Positions 1 to 9,758 of a stretch of 64,000 nucleotides of DNA are shown in pieces. Position 1 is the first letter of the stretch. Every line of letters starts with the position of its first letter. The translations under genes were made by a program, and so were the position numbers. Source of the stretch: an uncultured Verrucomicrobiae bacterium (lineage in GTDB: Bacteria; Verrucomicrobiota; Verrucomicrobiia; Limisphaerales; UBA11358); assembly GCA_963842445.1 (NCBI GenBank), contig CAWJHF010000017.1, forward strand, positions 11,706-75,705, read 5' to 3'. The notes under the pieces were generated by a model. The model made no database searches. It worked only from the letters and a program-made list of their open reading frames with translations, and had not been told where the DNA came from.

Positions 1-336
1 CAGGTCCGCAAAATCCAGCGGAGTGTCCTTGTAGTACTGGATATGCGGCATGGCATAATTTCCGCCGTGAAATCCCGCCGCCTCCACTCCGGCGCGGTGC
101 GGCTCGTGGGAATAGATGAAGGGAAACAGCGCGTTCACCCCGGCGCGCTCCCGCATGTCATCGAACATCGGATCCAGCTCCCGTTGCGCGAGCGGGGCCA
201 CACTGATAGGCATGGCCACCATGGTGGCGGAAGACTTAGCTGCAACCGGGACGTTTTCGCCGGACACGGAATCCACGCCGGCCAGCGCCGCGCCGGTGCC
301 CACGACACCGAGTTTGATAAAATGACGTCGGTTCAT
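1..336 (-). CDS. secreted protein with twin-arginine (Tat) signal, function unknown; C-terminal part lies outside the window
   Basis: Reverse complement gives ATG at 336-334, then MNRRHFIKLGVVGTGAALAG... (RRxFIK plus a hydrophobic stretch). The frame is open to position 1. It is absent from the ORF track because it is truncated. Confidence 0.5.
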   Translation of the reverse strand, partial: MNRRHFIKLGVVGTGAALAGVDSVSGENVPVAAKSSATMVAMPISVAPLAQRELDPMFDDMRERAGVNALFPFIYSHEPHRAGVEAAGFHGGNYAMPHIQYYKDTPLDFADL

Positions 337-395
337 GCGGCAAGTATCCCGCGCAGCGGCCCGGACTCAAGGGAAATGCTCTCAACTCTTTATCG

Positions 396-588
396 TCCTC
401 GTCCTCGTTCTCGTCCCTCGAAGTTCAAAGTCCAGTTTTACCCACGGATGGACACGGGCGGACACGGATTAAAACCGTGAAAGACGTAAAACACGCAAAA
501 AACTTCTCTTTCAATCGTAAATCGGCAATCGGCCATCGCAAATATGAATGGCCTCAACCTTCAACCCTCAACCCTCAACTCTCAACGG
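396..588. repeat. intergenic mosaic of short-period tandem repeats
   Basis: GTCCTC-type run at 396-420, CACGGAT-type at 443-470, ATTNNCG-type heptamers in reverse orientation at 511-544, and five CTCAAC-type heptamers at 552-588. All read directly from the sequence. Confidence 0.85.
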
Positions 589-788
589 TATTGCCATCAC
601 AAAACTGCATTTCCGTCCTGCGTTTCCCGCGCAATCTGCGCGGACATTAAAGAAGTCGCCACCACCATCAACCAGATGCAGGCCGGCGGCGTCATCGATT
701 GCTACGCCATCGGTGGCGCGGTGACGGCATCACTTTTGATGCGTTTCTTTGTCACCTATTGGCCTTTTTCGGGTGCTTACAGGGTGAT

Positions 789-2813
789 ATGATGACACCC
801 GAAGCAATGGACACGGCGGAATTCAACGATGCCGAACTGGTGGCCGAAAGCCTGGACGGAAACCGGGAGGCCTTCCGTCGGATTGTTGAACGGTATCAAA
901 CCTTGATTTCCTCGCTGGCGTATTGCGCCACCGGCAACGTGAGCCAGAGTGAAGACCTCGCCCAAGAGACCTTCGTGTCCGCCTGGAAACAACTGGCGGA
1001 CCTGCGTGAGCCGGCCAAGCTGCGGCCCTGGTTGTGCAGCATCACCCGTTTTCTCATCAGCAAGGAGTTCCGGCGCCAGGGACACGAGCCGGCTCATGCT
1101 GCCGAATCGCTGGAGGCGGATGAATGGGCTTCGCCGGAACCATTGCCGCCGGATCAGGTCATCAGCGAGGAGGAAAAGGCGATTCTCTGGCGCTCGCTGG
1201 AACGCATCCCGGAAATCTATCGTGAACCGCTGGTCCTGTTTTATCGCGAGCACCAATCCATCGAGGCCGTGGCGCGGGATTTGGAGTTGAGCGAGGACGC
1301 GGTCAAGCAACGATTGTCACGGGGACGGAAATTGTTGCAGGAGCAATTCCTCGCCTTTGTCGCCGGCGCGCTGAAACAAACCGCTCCGGACAAAACCTTC
1401 ACGCTTGGCGTGATTGCGGCCCTGCCGCTGCTGGCCACGACTGCCAAGGCGGCGACAGCGACCGCTACCGCGACCAAGGGCGGCGCGATGGCAAAAGCGA
1501 CAGGACTGGGCGCGTTCTTACAAGCCATTCTCAAGTCCGTTTCCGGCTTTCTCGGCGTGTTCAGTCCCATCCTGCTGCTGGGCGGCTTTTTCGGCTTCAA
1601 GATGGGCGGTGACGCCCGGCAATCGTCGCAGCAACGCGAGTCGGTCGCCACATTCTGGCGCATCATGGTCGGATGCCTGACCGCGTTTGTGCTGGTTCCA
1701 CTGCTGCTGCTCATCGTTCTGGGAGCGATGCCCGTCGATTTTTCCGCCGGTTTCCGGCAAAAACTTTTAGGCGGACTCACCATTTGGCTGGGGCTGATGT
1801 ATGCCGTAATTCCGGCAGCTCTGATACTTTGGGCGTGGCAGCGTCGGCGAAAGTTCCAGTCGCAGCCAGCTTGTGAACCGGAAGTGACAGTGAATCCCAG
1901 GAAGAAAAAACGGCTCGTCCTGTGGGTGATCATCGCAATGATTGGGACGGCGTGTCTGCTGGTCCTTTGTCTCCTGGACACGAACTGGAAGGTCCAGTAT
2001 ATAACCACTGCCGAGGTTCAGAAAATGGTCGCGGATAGCAAAGGCAAGGAAATCCAGTTTTCCATCTCGCAATACCAGAGCGGCTACAGTTATTTTTTTA
2101 TCACGCTGCGGGAAAACGGCAAACGGACCAAGTATTCTGCGCCCGTGGATGACGCCACGCTTGCCCTGCTCAAGGAACAAGGCATCAAGTGCCCAACCTA
2201 CGTCCAAGGCCGCGATTTTGAGGTGTTTGGATGGCCGGGCCGGTTTTTGCCAGTGTTCTGCGTTTTCATCCTGGCGATCGGCGGCGTTGTTCTCCTGCGC
2301 AAGCCGGGAAAATTCAACCCGCAGGAAACGGACACGCAGCGGACAAGAGAAATGCACCAAGTGGAGAGAGTGGCGAACAAGGTATTTGGCACGGCCATTG
2401 CGCTGGTGCTGATCGCCATAAGCCTTCTGCTTGTTCGGTTCACGTTACATCACAACTACGGCCAGACCATTTCTGTGACCGAAGCTCGACGAATCATCGT
2501 AGAGAACAAAAACGCCCGGGCCGGTGTCATTCAATACAATAACGGATCGAAAGAAATGGAGATTTCCATTCCAGGACACGGGAGTTATACCGCTGACATC
2601 ACATCGGCATATGAATCCACACTCGCCCTGTTGGCGGAAAACCAAATTCCATATAACACGGTTATTCAAGGCCGGGATTTCGGATATCGCCAACCAAGCC
2701 GCTGGCTTTTGCTGTCGTGCAGCTTTATTCTGACAGCGGGGGCGGCATTCGTTCTGAGGTGGGCGTGGAAAAAGGAGCGCCGGTTTCCCGCACCTGTAGA
2801 ATCCCGCGTCTGA
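789..2813 (+). CDS. ECF (group IV sigma-70) sigma factor fused to a long polytopic membrane C-terminal region
   Basis: The N-terminal ~190 aa carry region-2-like (DLAQETFVSAWKQL) and region-4-like (EAVARDLELSEDAVKQRLSRGRKLL) motifs. About 480 aa follow, with multiple hydrophobic helices and two similar ~95-aa loop domains. ATG at 789 was chosen over the upstream alternative start at 699. Confidence 0.8.
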   Translation: MMTPEAMDTAEFNDAELVAESLDGNREAFRRIVERYQTLISSLAYCATGNVSQSEDLAQETFVSAWKQLADLREPAKLRPWLCSITRFLISKEFRRQGHEPAHAAESLEADEWASPEPLPPDQVISEEEKAILWRSLERIPEIYREPLVLFYREHQSIEAVARDLELSEDAVKQRLSRGRKLLQEQFLAFVAGALKQTAPDKTFTLGVIAALPLLATTAKAATATATATKGGAMAKATGLGAFLQAILKSVSGFLGVFSPILLLGGFFGFKMGGDARQSSQQRESVATFWRIMVGCLTAFVLVPLLLLIVLGAMPVDFSAGFRQKLLGGLTIWLGLMYAVIPAALILWAWQRRRKFQSQPACEPEVTVNPRKKKRLVLWVIIAMIGTACLLVLCLLDTNWKVQYITTAEVQKMVADSKGKEIQFSISQYQSGYSYFFITLRENGKRTKYSAPVDDATLALLKEQGIKCPTYVQGRDFEVFGWPGRFLPVFCVFILAIGGVVLLRKPGKFNPQETDTQRTREMHQVERVANKVFGTAIALVLIAISLLLVRFTLHHNYGQTISVTEARRIIVENKNARAGVIQYNNGSKEMEISIPGHGSYTADITSAYESTLALLAENQIPYNTVIQGRDFGYRQPSRWLLLSCSFILTAGAAFVLRWAWKKERRFPAPVESRV

Positions 2814-2933
2814 TATTTTACCGGATGACCGAACCATCGGCCGTACTGGAAAAGTATTTTGCTTTTTTGATGTAATCTGTCAGGCTGTGATCGCGTCTGT
2901 TGATAATGACAGGCAAATTTTACCAGTACTTGG

Positions 2934-4064
2934 ATGAAGTTATTGTTTAAAATCGCTGTTTTACTGTGTGTGTTCACTGGCGCGGCCATGTCCCTGCGGG
3001 CACAGATGGCGGTCCCGCCCCCGATGCCCGCCTATCAGCCGCTTTCCGGCGCGCAGCTTGACCAGTTGCTGGGGCCCATTGCGCTTTATCCCGACCCGTT
3101 GATTGCCCAAATCCTGCCGGCATCCACATTCCCCACGCAAATCGTGCTGGCCGACCGTTATGTCAGCGGCGGCGGCGACCCCAACCAGATTGACCAGCAG
3201 CCGTGGGACGCCAGCGTCCAAGCCCTGGCCCGATACCCAAATGTTTTGAAATGGATGGATGATAACTTGAATTGGACGACCGAACTGGGACAGGCTTTTC
3301 TCAATCAACGGCAGGAGGTAATGGATTCCATTCAACGGCTGCGCATGTCGGCTTACAATCTCGGCAACCTGCAATCCACGCCGCAGGAACAGGTGATTAA
3401 TGATGGCGGCTACATTGAAATTGTTCCGGCTGACCCGCAGGTGATTTATGTGCCGGTTTATCAGCCGGATCAGGTTTATTATCAAAGCGGTTTTGGCATC
3501 TCCTTTGGCATTGGCTTTCCGATTGGCTTGTGGCTGGATTGCGATTTTGACTGGGGGCACCACAATATCATTGTTTGGGGTCACGATCATCCGCGTCCAC
3601 CCAATTGGTGGCATGAGCCTGCACGTCAGCGGGACACGAGGCACACAACGGTCTGGCGTCCTGAGAATCGCCCGCGCGCAGGCGAGGAGAATCGTGGCGA
3701 CCGGGGCTGGGGCCAACCTCAACCCGTAATTGCCACGGTAGGCCGGTCCATGTCCGATTCAGTGGCACCGCGACGGACACCAACCCCGGCAGCCCGGCCG
3801 GAAGCGCCGGCAACCCGGTCTGCGACGCCCGTCGCACGACCCGCGCCGGCTCCAGTTGCACATGCCGAACCCATCAGCCGGCCGGAATCAAACGGCGCGT
3901 TCATCGGCATTCAGAGTTCGCATGACACAAAAACCTACAGCAACCGTGGCCAACAGAGCATGCAGACGGTCACCCGTTCAGCACCGGTTTCACGGTCGGC
4001 GCCGGCGATGTCCTCCGGCGGCGGCGGGGGCGGCGGCCATAGTTCAGGTCAGCCAAGGCATTGA
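2934..4064 (+). CDS. DUF3300-family secreted protein
   Basis: Signal peptide followed by LLGPIALYPDPLIAQILPASTFP, the hallmark DUF3300 motif. The C-terminal tail is low-complexity and rich in Pro, Ala and Gly. Confidence 0.8.
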   Translation: MKLLFKIAVLLCVFTGAAMSLRAQMAVPPPMPAYQPLSGAQLDQLLGPIALYPDPLIAQILPASTFPTQIVLADRYVSGGGDPNQIDQQPWDASVQALARYPNVLKWMDDNLNWTTELGQAFLNQRQEVMDSIQRLRMSAYNLGNLQSTPQEQVINDGGYIEIVPADPQVIYVPVYQPDQVYYQSGFGISFGIGFPIGLWLDCDFDWGHHNIIVWGHDHPRPPNWWHEPARQRDTRHTTVWRPENRPRAGEENRGDRGWGQPQPVIATVGRSMSDSVAPRRTPTPAARPEAPATRSATPVARPAPAPVAHAEPISRPESNGAFIGIQSSHDTKTYSNRGQQSMQTVTRSAPVSRSAPAMSSGGGGGGGHSSGQPRH

Positions 4065-4100
4065 TTTTATTCCCATGATTTTCAAAAGAATTTATTGCCG

Positions 4101-5042
4101 ATGAAAATGAACTTGCTCACATGGTGGCGTCAGGCCCGGCTGGTGGTGTTGGGACTGGGTTTGGCGTTGCCGGTATGTGTATCTGTGGCGGATGAACAGA
4201 CTTTTGCTTCGCCGCAGGAAGCCGTCAACGCGCTCGTGAGCGCGGCCCAAAATCATGACACGAATGCCCTGCATTCGATTTTTGGGCCGGCCGGGCATGA
4301 CTTGATTTCGCCCGATGTTGTCCAGGCCACCGAGGAATACAAAATGTTCGTCCAACATCTGACGGAAAAGGTGCAGTTGATCAACAATTCGGATTCCAAC
4401 GTCACGCTGGAAATTGGCACGAACGGCTGGCCATTCCCCATTCCCCTCGTCAAACAGGACGGGCAATGGTTCTTCGACACCGCAGCGGGCAAGGAAGAGA
4501 TTCTCGCCCGGCGCATCGGCATGGACGAAATGGGCGCGATCAATGTCTGCAACGCGTATGTGGAGGCGCAGCGCGAATATGCCGGCCAGGACCGCCTGGG
4601 GGACGGCGTGCTCGCCTACGCGCAGTTCCTGCGCAGCACGCCCGGCACCCACGACGGCCTTTTCTGGCCGACGAATCAACCAGGCGAAGAATTGAGTCCA
4701 TTGGGACCGCTCGTCGCGCAGGCTCGCGTGGAAGGTTATCATCGTACCGCTAAAATGCTGAATGAAAAGCAGGCGCCTTATCACGGCTACTATTTCAAAA
4801 TCCTCACACGCCAGGGAAGACACGCGCCGGGCGGCAAGTATAGTTACATCATCAACGGTCGTATGATTGCCGGATTTGCGCTCGTCGCCTGGCCGGCCGA
4901 ATGGGGCAACACGGGGGTAATGACTTTCATCGTCAATCAACAAGGCAAGGTCTATCAGGAGAACCTTGGACCGAAGACCGCGAAAATCGCCAGGGCCATC
5001 ACCACTTTTGACCCTGACGATACCTGGACTCCGGCACAGTAA
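4101..5042 (+). CDS. DUF2950-family secreted protein
   Basis: Signal peptide; YAQFLRSTPGTHDGLFWP and PYHGYYFKILTRQG...GFALVAWPAEWGNTGVMTFIVNQQGKVY match the DUF2950 pattern. It lies directly downstream of the DUF3300 gene, which is the usual pairing. Confidence 0.8.
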   Translation: MKMNLLTWWRQARLVVLGLGLALPVCVSVADEQTFASPQEAVNALVSAAQNHDTNALHSIFGPAGHDLISPDVVQATEEYKMFVQHLTEKVQLINNSDSNVTLEIGTNGWPFPIPLVKQDGQWFFDTAAGKEEILARRIGMDEMGAINVCNAYVEAQREYAGQDRLGDGVLAYAQFLRSTPGTHDGLFWPTNQPGEELSPLGPLVAQARVEGYHRTAKMLNEKQAPYHGYYFKILTRQGRHAPGGKYSYIINGRMIAGFALVAWPAEWGNTGVMTFIVNQQGKVYQENLGPKTAKIARAITTFDPDDTWTPAQ

Positions 5043-5146
5043 AACCTGGATTGGATGACCACAGGGTGTGGGAGACATAGTTGTGGAATGTGACTCGCCG
5101 CGAAAGCTTTTCCGTCATTTGGTGCGTCATCGAAAAGAAACGGTAA

Positions 5147-5263
5147 TCATTTTGAAACCCGCCCGGCAAACAAATCGTAGTCCGTGTGCCCGATTACTTT
5201 GACGCGGGCAAATTCGCCAGCGGCAGCGCGGAAGGTTTCAATGGGAACTTGAAGCTTGCCATG
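5147..5263 (-). pseudogene. remnant of a RimO/MiaB-family TRAM-domain C-terminus (diverged duplicate of the rimO 3' end)
   Basis: Translates to HGKLQVPIETFRAAAGEFARVKVIGHTDYDLFAGRVSK*, compared with the RimO C-terminus HGKLPIGKFAKVRIIGHTDYDLIAEPLSD*. Nucleotides 5171-5188 are identical to 7844-7861. No upstream radical-SAM part is present. Confidence 0.55.
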
Positions 5264-5315
5264 TGAATCGCGCCAGTGGCAACTTGCACCGTTCTCAACC
5301 CGAAAACCGTGCGGC

Positions 5316-7241
5316 ATGGAAACGAACCGGCAGCCTGAGTCGGAAGAAGTCAAACTGCGCCAGCAGTTGGAGGAATTTCTTCGCTACGCCCGCGTGCTGG
5401 AGGAAGTCACGCGCGCGCCGGCCAATCTGCCGCGCGTCAAAGAGGCGTCGCCGGTCGCCGTGCCGCTGCATGAATCGTTCCTGCGCGGCTCCATTCTCAC
5501 CACGCTGTTTCGCAATCCAAAAACCAGCCGCACGGTGTCGTTCAAGCGCGAGGAGCTGGCCGAACTGGACGGCATGAAGAGCGATTACCTGCTGAATTAT
5601 TACCAGTCGCAATCGCTGTTCACGCCGGACGACGCCGCGCGTTTGCGCAACAGCATCGAGTCGCACTCGCGGCGGCTTCACCAATTGCTGCGCCACAGCG
5701 ACTGGCGCGCGCAGGTTTTCAGCTACGAAGTTGCCAAGGAGGAAGCCATCCTGCGCAGCCTGCTGCAACTGCGCCTGCTGATTGAATGCGCGCAAATCCT
5801 CACGCCGCCTCTGCAGACGGTCAAACGCATCGGCGACGAGGAATTTGATTTGATTGACGACCTGCACGGTTTGGTCCGCCTGTTGGCACTGGCGCTGTGG
5901 CAAAGGCTGGCCACCGACGGATCGGAATTGCAGGCTTACGGCGCGCTTTCCGTTTGCATCGCCGGGCTGGCCGCGAAAGCGGACGACGCGCTGGCGTTGT
6001 TGGAATCCGGTTACGCCGCCGCCAACGGCGACGAAGCCGCGTTTGCGAAATGGTTCGAAAAAGGCGGGCGCAAGGCGATGGAGCGCGTGGAAACCATGTT
6101 GCAGCCGGTGGAGAAGCACGGGCTGGACGAAATTTTCAGCCTGTTCACGCGCCACACGCTGGATTTGGGCTTGCAGCCGGTGACGATCGAATTTGTCCGG
6201 CAGAATTTGCAAACGCTCGTAACAACGCTCGCCAACATGGGCCGCGAAATGTCCGACGCCTGCCGACGCCGCTCCGCCATCATCTCCGCGCAGTTCACGG
6301 AGGTTTCGCGGCAATACGCCGTGGATTTCACCGCGCGCGCCGCCGACCCCGGTGTGAGCGAGGAAGACCTCAACGCCATTTTGAAGGAACTCGACGTGCT
6401 CGTCGGCCTTGAGCCAGTGAAGGCCGAGGTCCACCGCGCCGCGAATTTCGCGCGGATGCAGGTGATGCGCCGGCAACAGGGATTGCCCGTTGTGCAGGCG
6501 AGTTTGCACGGCGTCTTCTTCGGCAATCCCGGCACCGGCAAAACCACGGTCGCGCGGCTCATGGGCCGCATTTACAAATCGCTCGGCCTGCTCCGGCGCG
6601 GCCACGTCGTCGAATGCGACCGCGGCCGGCTCGTGGCCGAATACGTCGGGCAGACGGCGGTGCGCACCCACGCGGTGATTGATTCGGCGCTCGACGGCAT
6701 CCTGTTCATTGACGAGGCGTATTCGCTCGCCGGGCGGGGCGCGGAAGATTTCGGCAGCGAAGCCATCGAGACGCTGCTCAAGCGCATGGAAGACGACCGC
6801 GACCGGCTCATTGTCATCGTTGCCGGCTACAACGAACCGATGAAACAATTCATCGCGTCGAATCCCGGCCTTGAATCGCGCTTCACGAATTATCTCAATT
6901 TCCCCGATTACAAACCGGAGGAACTGCTGGAAATTTTCCATCGCATGGCCGCGCAAAGCGGGCTGGTGTGCGCGCCCGAAACGGAGAAAAAGGTGCTGTC
7001 CATCTGCGCGGACCTGCATGCCGGGCGCAACGAACAATTCGGCAACGCCCGCGAGATGCGGAACCTGTTCGAGTCCGCCGTGCGCAATCAAAGCACGCGG
7101 CTCGTCGCCAGCGGGCAATGCGACCGCGACGCCCTTACGACGCTGTTACCCGAGGATTTGCCCGCCGATTTTGAAACCGGAATGCCCGCTCCGCCGGAAA
7201 TCAAACCGGCTCCATCAAGGATTGCGCCGAAGCGAGGATGA
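5316..7241 (+). CDS. AAA+ ATPase of the CbbX/SpoVK/EccA type with a ~380-aa uncharacterised helical N-terminal region
   Basis: Walker A GNPGTGKTT, Walker B ILFIDEAY, and the CbbX-like stretch RLIVIVAGYNEPMKQFIASNPGLESRF. The start is uncertain (5256 or 5316). Confidence 0.8.
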   Translation: METNRQPESEEVKLRQQLEEFLRYARVLEEVTRAPANLPRVKEASPVAVPLHESFLRGSILTTLFRNPKTSRTVSFKREELAELDGMKSDYLLNYYQSQSLFTPDDAARLRNSIESHSRRLHQLLRHSDWRAQVFSYEVAKEEAILRSLLQLRLLIECAQILTPPLQTVKRIGDEEFDLIDDLHGLVRLLALALWQRLATDGSELQAYGALSVCIAGLAAKADDALALLESGYAAANGDEAAFAKWFEKGGRKAMERVETMLQPVEKHGLDEIFSLFTRHTLDLGLQPVTIEFVRQNLQTLVTTLANMGREMSDACRRRSAIISAQFTEVSRQYAVDFTARAADPGVSEEDLNAILKELDVLVGLEPVKAEVHRAANFARMQVMRRQQGLPVVQASLHGVFFGNPGTGKTTVARLMGRIYKSLGLLRRGHVVECDRGRLVAEYVGQTAVRTHAVIDSALDGILFIDEAYSLAGRGAEDFGSEAIETLLKRMEDDRDRLIVIVAGYNEPMKQFIASNPGLESRFTNYLNFPDYKPEELLEIFHRMAAQSGLVCAPETEKKVLSICADLHAGRNEQFGNAREMRNLFESAVRNQSTRLVASGQCDRDALTTLLPEDLPADFETGMPAPPEIKPAPSRIAPKRG

Positions 7242-7357
7242 AATCGGAAGTGGCGCCCTGGCGGAAAACCCGGAGGGTTTTTGGAAATTAGCCGGGGATA
7301 ACATCCCCGGTTGCATCGGACGAAAAAATCATCTGCCCCGGCAGGGGCGGCGGAAAT

Positions 7358-7804
7358 TCACCACAAATACCGCTCGTTGTATTCCACACCGTTGGCTCTC
7401 AAAAATTCCAAATACTCCTCTTGAAATGCTTTCTTACGATGATGCTCCTCCTGATTGGCGATGTAATGTTTCACTTTTTCAACTAATGACGCGCTCACTG
7501 AAAATGCGCCGTAGCCGTCCTGCCACTCGAATTGTTTGTCACCGATGGATTCATGCACCCACGCCGAGGAAGCGCGTTTGACATCGCGCATCACGTCCGC
7601 CAAGCGGTGCGTCGCGCGGATTCCCACCAACAGATGAACATGGTCGGCCACGCCGCCGACGGCTTCGGGAACCACATCCAAACTCCGAATCGCGCCGCCG
7701 ATGTAAGCGTGAAAGCGAGGACGCCAATCCGCGGCGATGAGAGGGCGCTGGTGTTTGGTGCCGAAAATGACGTGGCAATGGAGGCTTAAATGGGTCGAAG
7801 ACAT
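7358..7804 (-). CDS. IS200/IS605-family Y1 (HUH) transposase-like protein, possibly RAYT-like; solitary
   Basis: HUH motif HVHLLV and a catalytic Tyr context WQDGYGAFSVS; 148 aa. There is no tnpB partner and no clear element ends. Confidence 0.8.
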   Translation of the reverse strand: MSSTHLSLHCHVIFGTKHQRPLIAADWRPRFHAYIGGAIRSLDVVPEAVGGVADHVHLLVGIRATHRLADVMRDVKRASSAWVHESIGDKQFEWQDGYGAFSVSASLVEKVKHYIANQEEHHRKKAFQEEYLEFLRANGVEYNERYLW

Positions 7805-7819
7805 TTCCTCTCTGGTTTA

Positions 7820-9559
<1,740 letters not shown>

Positions 9560-9758
9560 AGGAGAGGCAAGCTATGCGATGCGGCGGACGGAAGCAACCT
9601 CCCGAACTGGCTCGTGGTGCCTGGAATGGGTTGTCGTGTCGGCGACCTGCCCCGACATCGGAAGTCGGGGTGAGAATGCGCCAATTCGGTTGAGCCATCG
9701 GCTCAACGCTACATCGGCCCGCGGGGACGCTCATCCCATCGGGGCAAGGCGTCGAAAA

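Noticed and set aside
544-792. ORF whose middle part (IKEVATTINQMQAGGVIDCYAIGGAV) faintly resembles the N-terminus of nucleotidyltransferase-type proteins. Considered as a possible gene remnant.
   Set aside because: The similarity covers only about 25 residues recalled from memory. The ORF starts inside a repeat array and overlaps the start of the sigma gene, so it cannot be supported without a database search.
2387-2401. Second perfect TGGCAC-N5-TTGC match on the plus strand.
   Set aside because: It is located inside the coding region of the sigma-membrane fusion, more than 500 nt from the next start codon. About 0.1 such matches are expected by chance in a window this size, which is not enough to support a promoter.
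5295-7118. Very long ORFs antisense to, or out of frame with, confident genes. Examples: 5295-7118(-), 11355-12761(+), 13140-14012(+), 22182-23762(+), 28005-29768(-), 30915-32669(+), 35828-37144(-), 54178-55083(+), 55093-56061(+).
   Set aside because: They overlap genes that carry unmistakable family motifs. Their products are Arg/Gly/Ala/Pro-rich with no motifs. Such shadow ORFs are expected in GC-rich DNA.
7240-7819. Calling a complete IS200/IS605 insertion sequence around the Y1 transposase.
   Set aside because: There is no tnpB. A hairpin is visible on one side only (7292-7310), and on the other side the gene abuts the rimO stop codon. Element boundaries cannot be defined from this window.
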